DNA from: Haliotis rubra
Lineage: Eukaryota
Reading direction: 5' to 3'
Assembly: GCF_003918875.1 (NCBI RefSeq)
Contig: NW_025767644.1
Location: 186,001 to 250,000 of the forward strand
Length of the DNA stretch: 64,000 nt
The notes beneath the pieces are model-generated. The model had not been told where the DNA came from and searched no databases. It worked only from the letters and a program-made list of their open reading frames with translations. Below are positions 26,821-40,640 of this stretch, piece after piece. The position numbers were made by a program, and so were the translations under genes. Position 1 is the stretch's first letter. The number at the start of each line of letters is the position of its first letter.

Positions 26821-28189
26821 GTGAAAACAGTTTCAGATGAGAGTATGTCGTATTTAGTTTGTTTGCTGTTTTAATGCCACACTCGGCAGTTATCCAGCTA
26901 TATGACTTCGGCCTGTAAACAAATGATCAAACACGGATCAGACAGTCCAGTGACTGACATCATGAGCATCGATCTACGGAAATGATCGATGACATGCAGC
27001 AACCAAATCAGCGAGCTTAACCACCGATCCCGTTAGTCGCCTATTGCGACAAGCATTTTGCTGAAAACCCGAAACCCCATACTTCACTAGTCTTGTATTT
27101 GGTAACACTCTGATAATCACTCTAACAAATGGCCAGTGGTGTAGTAACTTTTATTCTCGTTAATTAATTTCAAAGAATGCAATGAAATAAAACATTCGCC
27201 ATACAAAATTGAATATAGTAATAGGATTGGGAATTGAATTTCATTTTGTAATGTTCCATGAATACATTCCCGTTTTTCTGGATCGTTTTACGGCAGCGCA
27301 TGAATATTTTGTTTTAGGTTGTTGACAGAGATTCATTCAGAACATATGAATCTAACGATATTATTCCATGGCTTTGTTTTGAAAGTGAAAAAGTTATAAA
27401 ATTCCAGACATCACGTGACCTGCGATCAATTACGAATTCAAAGTTGTGTGTATCCAATGATTTCCACAAGCCCCCCTCAAATCAGTATCTCGTTCCAGAC
27501 CTTTCTTCTTGTTTGTTAAACGCCAGCAACGTTCCACGTAAATCACAGGGGTTGTTAGATAGTTAAGTCTGAAAAGAATAAAAGAAACAAGGCAAGAAAG
27601 GAATTAATTTAGACTTGGGCAGATAGGCACCTCGTATTTGTCAAACCAGTGGTTGATGTGAATACCTAACCAGTCGCATGAATATTAATGTTGTTTCCGT
27701 GAAGGCATGCTCTCGTGAAGATGCGGGTTAGAATAGGTCTTCAGGAACCCGTGCTCGTCGTAAGAGGCGACTAACGGGATCGGGTGGTTAGGCTCGCTGA
27801 CTTGGTTGCCATTGTTTCCCAATTCATCGTCATGCTGTTGATCGCTGGACTGTCTGGTCCAGACTCGATTTTTTACAGACCACTGTCATATAGCTGGAAT
27901 ATTGCTGGCTACGGCGTTAAGCAATAAACAAACACAAATGTTAAAATGGATAAAGAGTGGGATGGCACTGAAAATATGCGTGAATGGACGAGTCTCATGA
28001 ATACACGTGTGGGTCGTTTGTTTGTTTCTAACACAGCCTGTCCACACGATCCCGTCAGTTGACTCTTACAAGCATGGGTTGCTGGAAATCTACTCAAGCC
28101 TTATTTTGACGGTTGGCCAATTTGGCCACCTCTTGCAACCAGCAATGGGGTCCTGAGGAGACATTTTCCCCCAGTTACCCACGAGGATA

Positions 28190-30250
28190 CATGTCGTAAT
28201 TACATGGAAACAAACAATTTTGCCTAAAGGTTTCTAAACAGTATTGGATTACAGTTTATTGTTACTCTGTGATTTCCGCTGGATCAAAATCCAGTGATTT
28301 TCAGAAATCAATGAGATCTTCTTCATTTGATGCCTGTAACAAATCTCCTAGTGTTTCAAAAAACAGCCATGTGGGATTAATGGTACCTAGATATAGCCTT
28401 CCTGCCTTATCCTTTGATGATAATGCACTCGTTTCCTGGTATATCTCGGCTGGTCTGTGAGTCTGTGAATGAGGCTCGTTACTAGCATACAAACAGCTGC
28501 GGTGAAGTTGCTCAATGTGAACAGAACACTAGGAAACAGGCATTGTCCAGCAACTGAATTGATGTAATGTTGTGTCATGCTTGAAGTAATGTTGGTTTTG
28601 TCTCTCTGAATCTTTAACTTAAAGAATGGGCCAAATGTTCTTGCTCGGATTTTTACAATCCGAACAGAAATTCCTACGTACATGCATGAGGAAACTTATC
28701 AGCTTATTTTCTTAAAGGTCTAATCTTATAATGTAACACAGAGGTTGTCAAGGAGGTATTCCAACCTCTTACATATTGTTGTTTCAGTTAACATATCTGG
28801 GTTCACCACCTTCAGTGACAAATGTCCCATTGATCAAGGAATCAAGATGTCCCTTGAGATTGATGTGTGGGTTATTGATCTAAAATAGAAAGTTTTGACC
28901 GAATTGGCATATTTTCTTTCCTTAGCTACTAGCCAGTTGCTTTTGATGTTGAGATACTACATTGCAATAATGCCTCTTTTCTCTCCCTTCTTAATAAGTA
29001 TTAAGAAAGTGTTTCCTACTTGTTGTTGTTCATTTGCTGGATCTAGCTAGATGGATATTATTGGAGCTTTGGAAACCATTTGATGTCTGGCCAATTTTCT
29101 CCCAAATTTAGCATACTGCCATTGATATGTCACTTTTATGCTCATTGATCAAACATGTAGTGATATATAATGTTTAGGTGAGTTAAAAACATTGACAGTT
29201 TGAATGCCTACGCATTTGCGATGCGGTAATTATAGCCATACTTTCAATGATAAAATGAGTACAAAGAAGGGTTCCAATCCCGTTACCCTTTTATAGTTGG
29301 TGTATTCTATCAATGACAAGACATATAAAGAGTAAAGGTTGTTTTTCATTACCTAATTTTGCATATATTTCAACATGAACTATAATGACTTCAAAGGTTT
29401 TATCCCAGCTTGTAGGCGGCTGATCCATGATTGAATATTTGACGAAGGAGTTTTTGCCATCAAGTCAGACTGTTGATAGAAGTATACAGTCTTAACAGCC
29501 ATTAGTGAAATGTCGTGTCCACGTTTTGCAACACGTTCCTACAACTGAACAAATTGGATGAAATGACGTACATAAACGGATCTTGGTGGTTCTTAAATCT
29601 TGATATATTATGGTACACTTGGCGAAACCGAAAACATTACTTATATTAAGACAACAGTTCCCTTGTTTCCGAATTGTAAATTTAAACTCAGGAGTACTGG
29701 TTCATTTTCAGATGCAGATTCTGTTTCGATTTTGGCCAAACGTTTCAAAGATATATTCATACAATGGGATTTACCCTTTGTAGACCGATTCTTCAACAAG
29801 GGTTGCGGGAGTCATTTATTTACTTACAGAGACAGATATCGTTGTCCTGCACTTATTTTATGCAGTCCCAAAGGTTCCTGAACGAGAGTCTACAAATCTT
29901 CCAACATGAATGACTAATGCTGCGTTGACGTCTTTGGGAAGCTGGAAATACAATGTCTTAATACAATGGCGTTCGCAGTTCGGTTGTTACATTGTCATTT
30001 CATTAATACATCCCTGTCCAAAGACTTTCCATGGATATCGTATAAGGTCGACTGGATTTATGGCTACTAGATGGATGGTATATTTTCTCTCATATCCTGA
30101 TTTTCAAGAAAGAGATGGTTTGATTGTGAAAATGGAAACGGCGGTAGACACAGCTGAATGCATTTCGGTTGATAACATTGCCGTGATCATGAAACAGATT
30201 CATTCATAAGGAATAGTCCATGGTACGATCATTCTCAAACGTGTTCATGA
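28190..30250 (-). pseudogene. Decayed ~2-kb coding relic of unidentified family (probably transposon-derived)
   Basis: Stitchable protein-like segments across stops and frameshifts: INPVDLIRYPWKVFG, EPPRSVYVRHFIQF, YKRVTGLEPFF, NPHINLKGHLDSLINGTFVTEGGEPRYV, QHYINSVAGQCLFPSVLFTLSNF, RLYLGTINPTWLFFETL. Confidence 0.55.
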
Positions 30251-30682
30251 CACTAAGAATGACTATACCAGGTATTTGTGTAAAAAACACCTGTGAACAC
30301 TATAATGCACAGCAAGAGCGACCGTGATGTATGCATTCAGATAGTGTTAGTGTGTTAGTGAGAGACATTTTCCGCAGCTATTCGCAATATTCCAGAGGGA
30401 TTCAACCATTATTCTATCAAACCGCCCTTGTTTTCAGAAAGAATGTGGTAGAAAAAGATTATTTCGTAATCAGTGATATAATATTATTAAACGCTAATAC
30501 TTTAAATATTTTGGTCCGATGCAACAAAAGACACGTTAAATGCGTAATATGTAAATCTTCGTTAACTCTCACGAATCATAAGAACATTTGCAGTCTCATC
30601 ATGTGTAGTTATAACTACGAACATTTGTTACAGTGGGTCTTGGAGATTGTGGTATTATTGTTTAAGGCTTCTCAGTATAAAG

Positions 30683-30923
30683 GACCCGTGAAGATCCGGG
30701 TTAGCAATGGCCTTCAGTAACCCATGCTTGTCATATGATGCAACTAACGGGATTGGGTGGCCATGCTCACTGACTTGGTTGACACACATCAACTTATTCC
30801 AGTTGCGTAGAATGATGCTCACGCTGTTGATCACCGGGTTGTCTGGTCCAGTTGCGATTATTTACAGACCACCGCCATATAGCTGGAATATTGCTGCGCA
30901 CGGCGTTATACAACCAACCAATC
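30683..30923 (+). mobile_element. SINE family B full-length copy
   Basis: gacccgtgaagatccgggttag...actaacgggattggg...ccgccatatagctggaatattgctg. Confidence 0.92.
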
Positions 30924-31049
30924 AAAATAAGGTAACGATACATTTCATAATGATATGAGACATTAAGTGTTTGAGGACATACGTTATGAGGACTTTGGTA
31001 ACACAGATGTGTGTACACTGCAGGATGTATACACAACATATATTAACCT

Positions 31050-32460
31050 ATTAACAATCTATCACAATATATGGTCACTGAAATGTCATTTTGTGACAGA
31101 TAAATGATCCATAAGATTGATCCGGTGGTAGTTTTATGTAAGAACTTTACATCATGTCCCAGATAATCGGTTTTTCACGATCCCTTGGCGGGACGAATAT
31201 CGATTAATGCGACATGGTGGATATTTCTCAGCTTGCAAGTAGATTTGAAACATATCCACAACAACTAACACGTTTAATGGTCCACCATACAGGACCATGC
31301 ACTCAATGTAATGGTCCTTAATCAAATGAAAGATGTCATGATTGGTGCTCGTTCCGACCTTTGATATAATCTTTCACCCAATTCCGTCCTTCATACAGTG
31401 CACCGAATAATCAAATTATTTTTTCTAAACATGACATCAATATATTACAAGAAATATCGCTATCGCGAGTTTTATTACATCTCCAGGATAATATTCCACT
31501 AGAAATTCATTTTGTTTTAAGACTTGGTTCCAAGGATGACTGATTTGGAAATGGAGGTGAGTCTCTGTGGCTGGTTTTCGCATATCATCATCCGCCGATA
31601 TGAAACCCATTTCTGGTGTTCCCCGACGTTGTTCGAATGTTTGTAAAAGTGGAGTAAATGAAATACTCATTCATTCAAGGGACATACTGCCTTCATGGAG
31701 AAACACAACCAATGTGATGAAATAAGTCACTCATGTGCGTAAAGTACACTCAGAGGATTTGGGTCAGACGGCTTAACCAATTTCATTACGCTTAAGTTTC
31801 CCTTAAACACTAACCAAATTGGAACTATTGGAACATCCAAATTCATGACATGATGTTGATGACATACATCTGTGATACTGCTGAGAGATATCTGTATTTT
31901 TTTTTCTATTCGCACAACGAATAATTCACATTTGTACACAGGTTGAATAATGGTTGTAGAGGTGGTAATTTTACATATCTCCGTTACAACTGAAGAAAGA
32001 AACCACAACTATTACAGGTACGTATTGACCGTACAGATACATACATATCTTTGTCAGCTTTAGCTGAGTATATTCCGTCGCCTTATGATCATATTTTGGA
32101 TGGCAGACCAGCATACAGTAAACAGCAAAGTTCAGTCCTCATACAGCAGTTACAACACAGTGTAGTTCCGCTAAGAATCCGTCTGACAAATATTCTCAGG
32201 TGTTTTCAACAGCTTCTCCGAAGAACGACTTTTGACCCAAGACATCACTCCAGAAGAAACGTATCAGAGGAAAAACACTCAATGAACCCTGTCATCAATC
32301 GATGTGTAGACAGTCTGAATGCGTTTTACTTCAAAAGGTAAAATTCTGACTTATAACCTGGGGATGTCTTGTGGAAGAAAAACGACCGTTATGTCGTACC
32401 TTCGGTGTCAGCTGGAAACAGAACACAACTTCAAACAGTAAATGCAGACAGAGTTAGAAT
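31050..32460 (+). mobile_element. Highly decayed Ty3/Gypsy pol (RNase H-integrase) relic
   Basis: Colinear degenerate motifs FHDP..INAT (YFDP..DAS), KVHSEDLG (IHxGHLG), YWN..ICDT (YWP..CxxC), SPYDHILDG (SPYHPQSNG), QLLRRT, PGDVLW, NRTQL; interrupted by a SINE A fragment at ~31600-31677. Confidence 0.5.
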
Positions 32461-33587
32461 GTGAAGGTCTGGAAACTACATGGGCATCAGCGGTTGATGA
32501 AACTCCCACGTTAAGGTCCATTTCTGCATTCCAATAATAATTCCAATCCGGTTTAGTGAGTGAGTTAGAGGTGTTCGTTGCAAAATATTGATCCAGCTGT
32601 GTAGAGACGAGAAGAAGTTATGGAACGAACCAAGGGAGAGTGTTGAACCAAGAGATGTCATGCACAAAATGTCAATATCTGTGTGGGAAGCAGAACATGG
32701 GCGTGGGATGTATCATGTAATAAAGGTCAACCTTCATGACCTAGGAATTTCACAATGCACTAATTACCACGTCTAGACCTATCCTGAAAGTGTCACTCTT
32801 ATCTATAGTATATCTCCTTCAGATCTGTGCGCAATATGCCCTACTCTTATTCACAAAAACATAAAACGTCAACGCCCGACAATGAATGACCAGTCTCGAT
32901 CATCGGACAGATTCCACTGGGCGAAAGAGGATAACTGTGAAGACTATATAACGGGATCACTGAAAATTATTGTTGACAAGAGGTGTTCGTGAAAAGAGAA
33001 AGCATGTCCTTCCCTACTATGCCGTTAGCCTCTGCTATTCACACATTTTTAGCAACAAATATGCATGTAGCACAACGCCGTATAACACTAGTCTCTTCAT
33101 GCAATGATTTCAAATTTCAACTTCAATATTAAAACAGCTCAAGCCTTTTGTGTATACATTTCACAATTTATAAGTTACAATCGAGCATGTTCTCTTTACC
33201 AAGATTTCAAAGCGCCTCATACCACTCTTGCCCTTGTTCGATCAAAGTTAAATCACACTCGTCAACGGTAAACCTTTCAAAAAGTATTTTGGTGGAGGAC
33301 ATTAACAATTTAACATATAGGTGTATGTTTCATCGTATCGCATGACAACACTCACTGGGTTGTCTGGCCCAGACTCTATTTGTTTATAAACAACATCGTA
33401 CAAAATAATATATACTCATGATATAGTCACAATTGTACAATCGACTCTGCTTTTAGCAGCGCTTTCTTATGAATGTGGAAAGGGTTTTGTCGCTTTTATT
33501 GAGGAAGAAGAAGAGTTTTTTTCGCTTTTATTTCACACAGCGAACTCGACGATATATTTTGTAAGAGTTTTCACTTCTTCCCATGTG

Positions 33588-33749
33588 GACGGTAGGGTCG
33601 CAAAGTGGTTAAAGCGATCGTTCGTCACACCGAAGACCGGGGTTTGATTGCACACATGGGTACATTGTCTGAAGCCCATTTCTGGTGACCCCGTCGTGAT
33701 ATTGATAGAATATTGCTTAAAGCTGCGCAAAACTAAACTCACTCACTCA
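33588..33749 (+). mobile_element. SINE family A copy
   Basis: gtggttaaagcgatcgttcgtcacaccgaagacc...aactaaactcactcactc. Confidence 0.9.
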
Positions 33750-34589
33750 GTTCTTCACCTGCATAAATATCATGAATATAATAGCAACTTCATTAGATCC
33801 ACCGACTCCGGTGAGAGGGCAAGATGGTAACCCGAGAAATTTGACTTCCATCCATATTATGAGGAAGTTTACAATCAGCCATACCTATCAGGAAAACTAA
33901 TTACTCCAATGATACGTATTCATTCTATTACATTACATTACAATTCTGAACTCCACAGCAATGGATGCATTCAAACCCGAAACAGATAGCCTGGAAATAA
34001 TCAGCGGAAGTTCCAGATGTATTTAGATGTGTCTCATCCAGAGTCAGAGTACTTCTTTCACTAAGTCGCGGGGCAGTTAATCACTTCTTCATGTCATGTG
34101 TCGCAAGCCCAACAGATATATGCTTCGGATACTCTCCAGAAATATTGCTTGACTCTCAGGGGAACAAGACAGATAGTCTTCCGACCCTTGTCAGTGCCCA
34201 GTCTTTGTTTGTTCCAGACTCATCTGCCCCTCTGGATTCGTGTCCAGTTAATTAATTGAGGGCAGGGTTTGTCCGAACTTTATTTACTGCCAGCTTTGAC
34301 TGAACAGACGCCCAGGAAAATGGAGAGCATGGCATCGTGTAAGCTTATAATGACATGGGATTGAGTACCTTTTAGCGATGATCTGGAGCGTCCCTCTCCT
34401 CATCATGCTTTACCCGCTCATGTTTTTACATGAGACTTGTCTGTTGTTTGCATGTTCATTTCTAATACGTAATAGCCATCCTGGATTATCCAGTTTATAT
34501 CATGTTTCCGTTATACAACGGAACAACCTTGGAAATAAGCTATCAAATAACACTCGTGAGGCTATTTTGATTTTTTCCATGTAAAGAGT

Positions 34590-34790
34590 AACATGTTTGT
34601 TTGTTGTAAAATGCCGCACTATATGACGGCGATCTGCAAGTAATCCAGTGTTTGAGATCATGAACATTTAAGAATGCAATGCAGATGCGATGACGTGAGT
34701 CAACCACGTCAGCGAGCCTGACCACTCCATCCCGTTAGTCGCAAGCATCAGTTGGTGAAGACCAATTCTAGTCCGGATTTTCACGGATAA
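34590..34790 (-). mobile_element. SINE family B copy (degenerate)
   Basis: gtcagcgagcctgaccac..cccgttagtcgc..tgaagacc..ttcacgg. Confidence 0.8.
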
Positions 34791-37359
34791 CAGTTATGAC
34801 AGCGAATGGGCTTATAGTATCTGTCATCCTCAAATACAGATCTTATACATTGGCTACTCGCGAATGATAAGCGTGTGAAATCTAGGCTGAAATCAGTATA
34901 TACATGTTTGCGGTCAGAATGTCAATTAACACTCCGATCAACAGTACGTGTGCCATACGTGACCTCTGTCTCTACCAGTATTTTAAGGTACAAGCAATTT
35001 TGGTAATGTCCCATCGTTCCACTAGTGTGGAACAACGAATATGCCTCACACATTTAATCAGTGTATATAGATTCCGGGTCTTCGGTGAGAAGACGTAAAG
35101 ACTTCAATCCCCGGACTACCTCGCCGCTCCTTTGAAGGGTCCAGACGCACAAATCGAAATAATATTATGATAGACATTCACATCATATATGTAATGCGAT
35201 TCGATCGAGTTTCCTCATCATCGCTCTATCCAAAAATACGTTCATTTCTAACTGATGGAATATACAAGCTTCATCAATAACGACTAACTCTGTCAGCAGA
35301 TCCGACACTATGTCAATTGGAAAACAATTGTCACCACCGATTCCGTGCTTGTACGTCTTCCGGTTTCGCATCTCAGATCAGGATATGCTTCTTCGGGGCC
35401 ATTTTAACCGATTTAGGAGAAATACTGCCCATGGTGGACATTTCAAATGAATTTTATAACCACGAATAATCCTCTTGAGGGGAATAAGAAGATCCCCTCT
35501 GTTGAGTTAGACTTTGCGTCTTGGCCAAATTGCCTATAAATCAGCCCGGATTTCTGAAGTTGGGTCTTCTTCACTAGGGTCATGTTTTGAACAAATGAAT
35601 TCGATTAGCCAGGCTACGGAAGGGTGACCTTGCCAAGTCCCTTCACTCAGTGTATTTACTCGCACGGGAACTCAAGTGTTTCTGAGTGCCCTTGTCTGGC
35701 AGGGAATAATTTGCTATTTACGTCTTGAGCAGTATATTGTGTCCTTGTATCTTGGGGGTAATTTAGTTGCACACTCAGGGTTAGGGATATTAAATCATCT
35801 TATGTGATGTGGTATTTTGAAAAGGATGGGGGTGATTAGTCTTTCACTTGTTAAAGACATCAACATTATATTGCTCAAGGTATTACCCTGTAATGCAAAT
35901 CATGTCGTAAAATGAACATTACAAATAAGCTTCACAGTGATAACACGTGTGTACAGTGAAAAACTATGTCCCATATGTTATTAGGAATTCGAATTACATG
36001 TATACCTTTTGCTCCTTGAATAAATCAAATGCAGTTATAGACATGAATTCTAAATCTGCTGATGTCATAATGTTAATGTTATATGTGTAAAATACATTAT
36101 AACATTACAGCGGCGCTGACAACATTATCCCTGGGATGACAGGGTGATGGTGTAAGGCTTGTTGCAAACAGATTCACTTGGTGCAGCCTAAATCAGGAGC
36201 TTTAATGCATTTGCAGACTGGGCGTTGAGATGCTCTAAGATTCTGTCTTCACGTCCATTTTGATCATGAACATTTGTGTATTATATCTAACAAGAAAACG
36301 CCTGAAGACCTTGTATTGAGGTCACATCATGTTCTAACGTGTTCACTCTACGAAACTGTCCTCAAAGTGAATATCGCTTGCGGGCACCGTGGCAGGTTAA
36401 TGGCAGCACTATCTAGACGGACGTGGATCAAAATGTTTCAGAAGCTGCACCATCACCGAGTCACTGAGTGAAAGTCAAAGCAAAATACAAATCGCTAATA
36501 AAAGGTCTTAAGGTTACACGGGCACGATACTACACAAGTTTACGGCAAATTATGTCTATGGTCTCAAATCACAGCATAGTGGACTTTGCTGTCATAAAAT
36601 TTGGAGGATCACTGGTTAAAAAACCTACAATTTATCCCCAGACAAAACTCTTTTAATACAAATACTGAGGGTTGTGAGGAGGATTTTGAAGCTATAATTA
36701 GCTACCTCGACAGCACACACGGAAATTGAACATTATGCTCGCTGAGCCCTGGGCAATCTGGAAAATAGAAGTGGGAAACATTGGGGTGGAGCGGGCGTAA
36801 CGAAATGGTAGCCTACGGCCATGTCCTTGCAAGAAAGATTGATCCGACCTTTTGCAGAAGATTACATCTTGCAAAACCTTCATATGAAGGACAATCTCTG
36901 TTTGCGTGTACGGAATCTGTTTTGTGGCAATTAGATGCTCGGTATTCATGGCTCATATGGAATCGGACTTTTTGTGAAACTTAATGTTAAAATTAAGGTA
37001 ATGATCTTAAAAGATATGTTTTTCAAATGAATAACAACTGAATTGTTTTACTGCAGGTTATGAATTTTATCGGTGGAACTGGTTGAGTAGATTTAATCTT
37101 GGTGGTTCTCAGTAATACTTCAGGTTGATGTCACCAGCACACCGTGAGCATGAAAACTGGCTGTTTAATAATGAAACATGCATCAAAGGTATTTGTCAAT
37201 CACAATAAACTCGTAGAAATTTATTCTGTGTCAGAGTATGCTCTTAATACCTCGTGCTTTAAGAAATGCCCAATGCATATTAAATCATGTAACCAGGGAA
37301 TGAGTGTTGTTTTATGCCGCAGTCAGCAACTGTCTGTCACGACGTCTTTATTTCATTTG

Positions 37360-37660
37360 ATTGTTTGTTGTTTAACGCCGCACTCAGCAATATTCCAGCT
37401 ATATAGAGGGCGGTGGGATAGCCTAGTAGTTAAAGCGTGCGCTCCTCACACCGAAGACCCGGGTTCGATTCCCCACTTGGGTACAATGGGTAAAACCCAT
37501 TTCTGGTGTTCCCCGCCGTGATATTGCTGGAATATTGCTAAAAGCGGCGTAAAACTAAAACTCACTCACTCCAGCTATATGGCGGCAGTCTGTAAATAAG
37601 ACAATCCAGTTACCAACAGCATGAGCATCGATCTACGCAATTGGGATATGATTACATGTG
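37360..37660. mobile_element. SINE A (+, 37407-37570) nested in SINE B (-)
   Basis: 11-bp TSD TCCAGCTATAT on both sides of SINE A; SINE B sequence resumes after it. Confidence 0.93.
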
Positions 37661-40139
37661 TTTTTATTAAGTAAGCAGTTTTGTGGTTTATGTTATTATC
37701 AACGTTCCCAGCCGTCGTTTGGTCCACTCTCACAACAAGAAGCATTAGAGTGCTTGGAGTTATTGCTGGATAACTGGGTATCAACTGGACTTGTTACTCG
37801 ACTTCGGACGTTGTTCATGCTTCCTATCACTGGTTTGTGTCGTTCAGACGCGGCTGTAGTTCAACCTTGCTGGCTCTGCGGCGTTAAACATTCACTGATA
37901 GTACCATTAACAAGTATCTATTTTGTTCAATAAAGGAAACAAGATTCACTACTTCTTTGTGAACCGGACGAACGTGTCCTTAGTGCACGTGTACTTGGTA
38001 GGACCCGACGTTATGTCTCTGCATGATCCTAAACGTTGTAAAAAACATTATTCGGCCTGGAAAAACATCTTCAAAGATTAATCCATTCATTATTCCAAGT
38101 TGAGACCGACCGTTGTGTCTCCTTGATAGAGACATTTGGCCACGATGAAAAGAAGTGAAGATTAAATAACGTAAGCAGCTTTGCTGGGTATAATAAATTA
38201 TCGGATTAGTGTGTTGAGGAGACCATTTTCAGGACTTCAAAGGATACAAAAATGTCGACGATCTACAATACTCTCTTTCGACCAATACTCTTTACTGAAA
38301 TACTTTTTTCTGAAAATCCTCAGTGCATATGTTCTGGTCTCACATCATGGCATTCAGTATAAACTGTGTAGCAGGGCGTGGTTTCAATCCACATATGGCA
38401 TCCATACCGCTTTCTAACGGGTTTAACATCATCAGTCTTGTGGACAAGACGTCAGACCTAGTATTAGATCTAGAGAGTTAATGTTTCCCATCAAGGAAAT
38501 CTGTTATGACCGCTTTATTGCCGTCCAAACTGGGACTGAGCCTGTTCGTATTGAACTCTTCGAAATACGTCTCTACACCATACTGTGTGCTTTCCGTTGA
38601 CGAGGTTTTATGGGGCAGTCCAGTGATGATGTCAAAACCTTTGTCTGACGAGGATAATCTCTGGTCATGCGGACAAGGCATCGAACCACTTGTCAGAAGT
38701 TCCTATGGTCGACACACATCATGAGAATCGAAACATTAATACCCGCAACAATAGCAACCATTAAAATTTGCAAATATTTTATGATCCTAAACATTATGAC
38801 CTCACCATAACTGTTATGACTCGCATTTTGTGTCAAGGCTCAGATTCTCTGTTTCCTCTTCACGACAGACTACATGATTGCGAAACCGTTTTCACTCCCA
38901 ATTTTTACATTCGTTCATTATGATGAAACACGTTCTTGGAATATGACTAAATGTAGCTGAAAATATTGGAAAGTGAAGCAAAACAAAAACTTAATGGCAC
39001 ATACTTAATGGCATCTTGGGGACTTTCTAGTAAGGGAATATCGGGTTCTGGGTGGTGGAGAAGGACTTATGTGGGCTGTGCTTTAATGAACGCAGGCGTT
39101 TGTGTCAACCTTCGAAAATGGAGTGCAGTGAATACATATCATGCTGGCAAAACGGTGATATGGTCAAAGTTAACTTTTAAACAGGACGACTAAATTAGGT
39201 TTACATTTATCAGTCAATTCATGACGCTTCTTAGGATAGACACAATTTATGAAGGTCTTCGGTGATGAGCAATATCCGTGACGTGGCATAGTATTCAACT
39301 AACTCCCTACAACATTATCACTGGATAATGGGGTTTGTGTTTGTGTTTAATCTTTGTTTTCCAAAGTGTTAACAGTTCCTGTGTCTGTGCCTGTTTTGTG
39401 TCCTATTCTGAGGTCAATATACTTTACATGAATTATTTTAAATCTTTCATTAAAATAAATCTTTCAATAAGATTTCAAAATTAACGTTTTGTCTGCAAAG
39501 TACATGGTAATTCATTCATCTAATGTTACCGTTAAAACGCTTCTCTTTTTTTAAAAAGAACACATCGATGGTTCCATCTGACAAACAATTTCCCGAGCAA
39601 ATCATTTCCTGCACAAATCTGCCAACTGTGCTCGTATAAAACTGTCAGCGAAGACGGGGGCATGTGTTACTGTGAAATGAATGTGTGACATCAACCTTAT
39701 CGATTTGGGAGTTTAAAATTTTTGGTTGCTTGCTCATAGCTGTGGTGCTACATGTATCTCGTATAGCCTCAGGAAGGAGGACGGGTGAGAAGGCAAATAA
39801 ACCTGAACAGGGAAACAAGGTCTCTGGATAATTCATTTTGTTCTTATTCTTGTGTTTTGTAATATAATGAAGTAGGATTAAAATAGGTATTAGCGCTGAA
39901 ACCAATTAGGGAAGGGGTGGGGGGGGGGGTGTAGCCCGGGTTCCATTCCCCACATAAATACAATTTCGGAAGTCAGTTTCTGGTATCCCCTGCCGTGATG
40001 TTGCTGAAATATTACTAAAGGTTGCGTAAAATCCTATTCCTTCACTGTCGAACTTCCACTGTACGTAGGCGTCTATGCCTGAATTTATACATGTATGCTT
40101 AATTTTACATAGTTCCTCGTTTTCAATGAACTGATACTA

Positions 40140-40640
40140 TTTCTGATGTAACAAGCTTTCATTCATGTAGAGAAATGTTTTGCCATTTCACCTAGTTATT
40201 GACAGGCGTACAAACATTGGGATATTTGGATATTGCCAAGTGTCAAGTGTAAATATTGGGCTGAGTGAGTACGGACATATTCACGAAGCGATAAGCAATA
40301 TAACAGATGAATAGGAAAATCGATCTTCGCTTAAATTAATTGGGGGTCCCATGACTCGTTAGTGTCGACAGCATTCCGTTGTGGTGTCACAAATAACAAA
40401 TGGAATGGAGATATCTCGCATGCTTATGGTACAATTGGAATAGGAAACACGCTGTTTTAAGCAGACATGGTTATATGATTATTGGACAGTTGAGCTTTTG
40501 TAAACGCTGCCAGTCTGTCATCTTTGTAGATAATGTTCTTTTACTCTGTTACGTCACTTGTTTCTCTCCAGTGTTTTGGAACGGTATTGTTGCTTTTATT
40601 ACGATAACAGGTTGCAAGCTACCATGACTCCCTGTAAATA
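40140..40640. repeat. Dispersed repeat family D, copy related to 42160-42650
   Basis: Shared blocks gagtacggacatattcacga, aattgggggtccc, ttctctccagtgttttggaa, ttgcttttattacgataacaggttg. Confidence 0.85.

Larger units (their letters stand above)
21896..28620. repeat. Tandem segmental duplication, copy 2 (6725 bp)
   Basis: Junction ...ctttaactt|t|aaattcctatatgcg at 21895/21896; unique sequence resumes at 28621. Confidence 0.97.

Noticed and set aside
32051-32341. Open frame bounded by AG and GT that looks like a host exon
   Set aside because: Better explained as part of the colinear Gypsy integrase relic
35560-35700. Possible HDV-like fold on the minus strand (cactcag/ctgagtg, GCTAA)
   Set aside because: P3, P1.1 and P2 could not be assigned consistently
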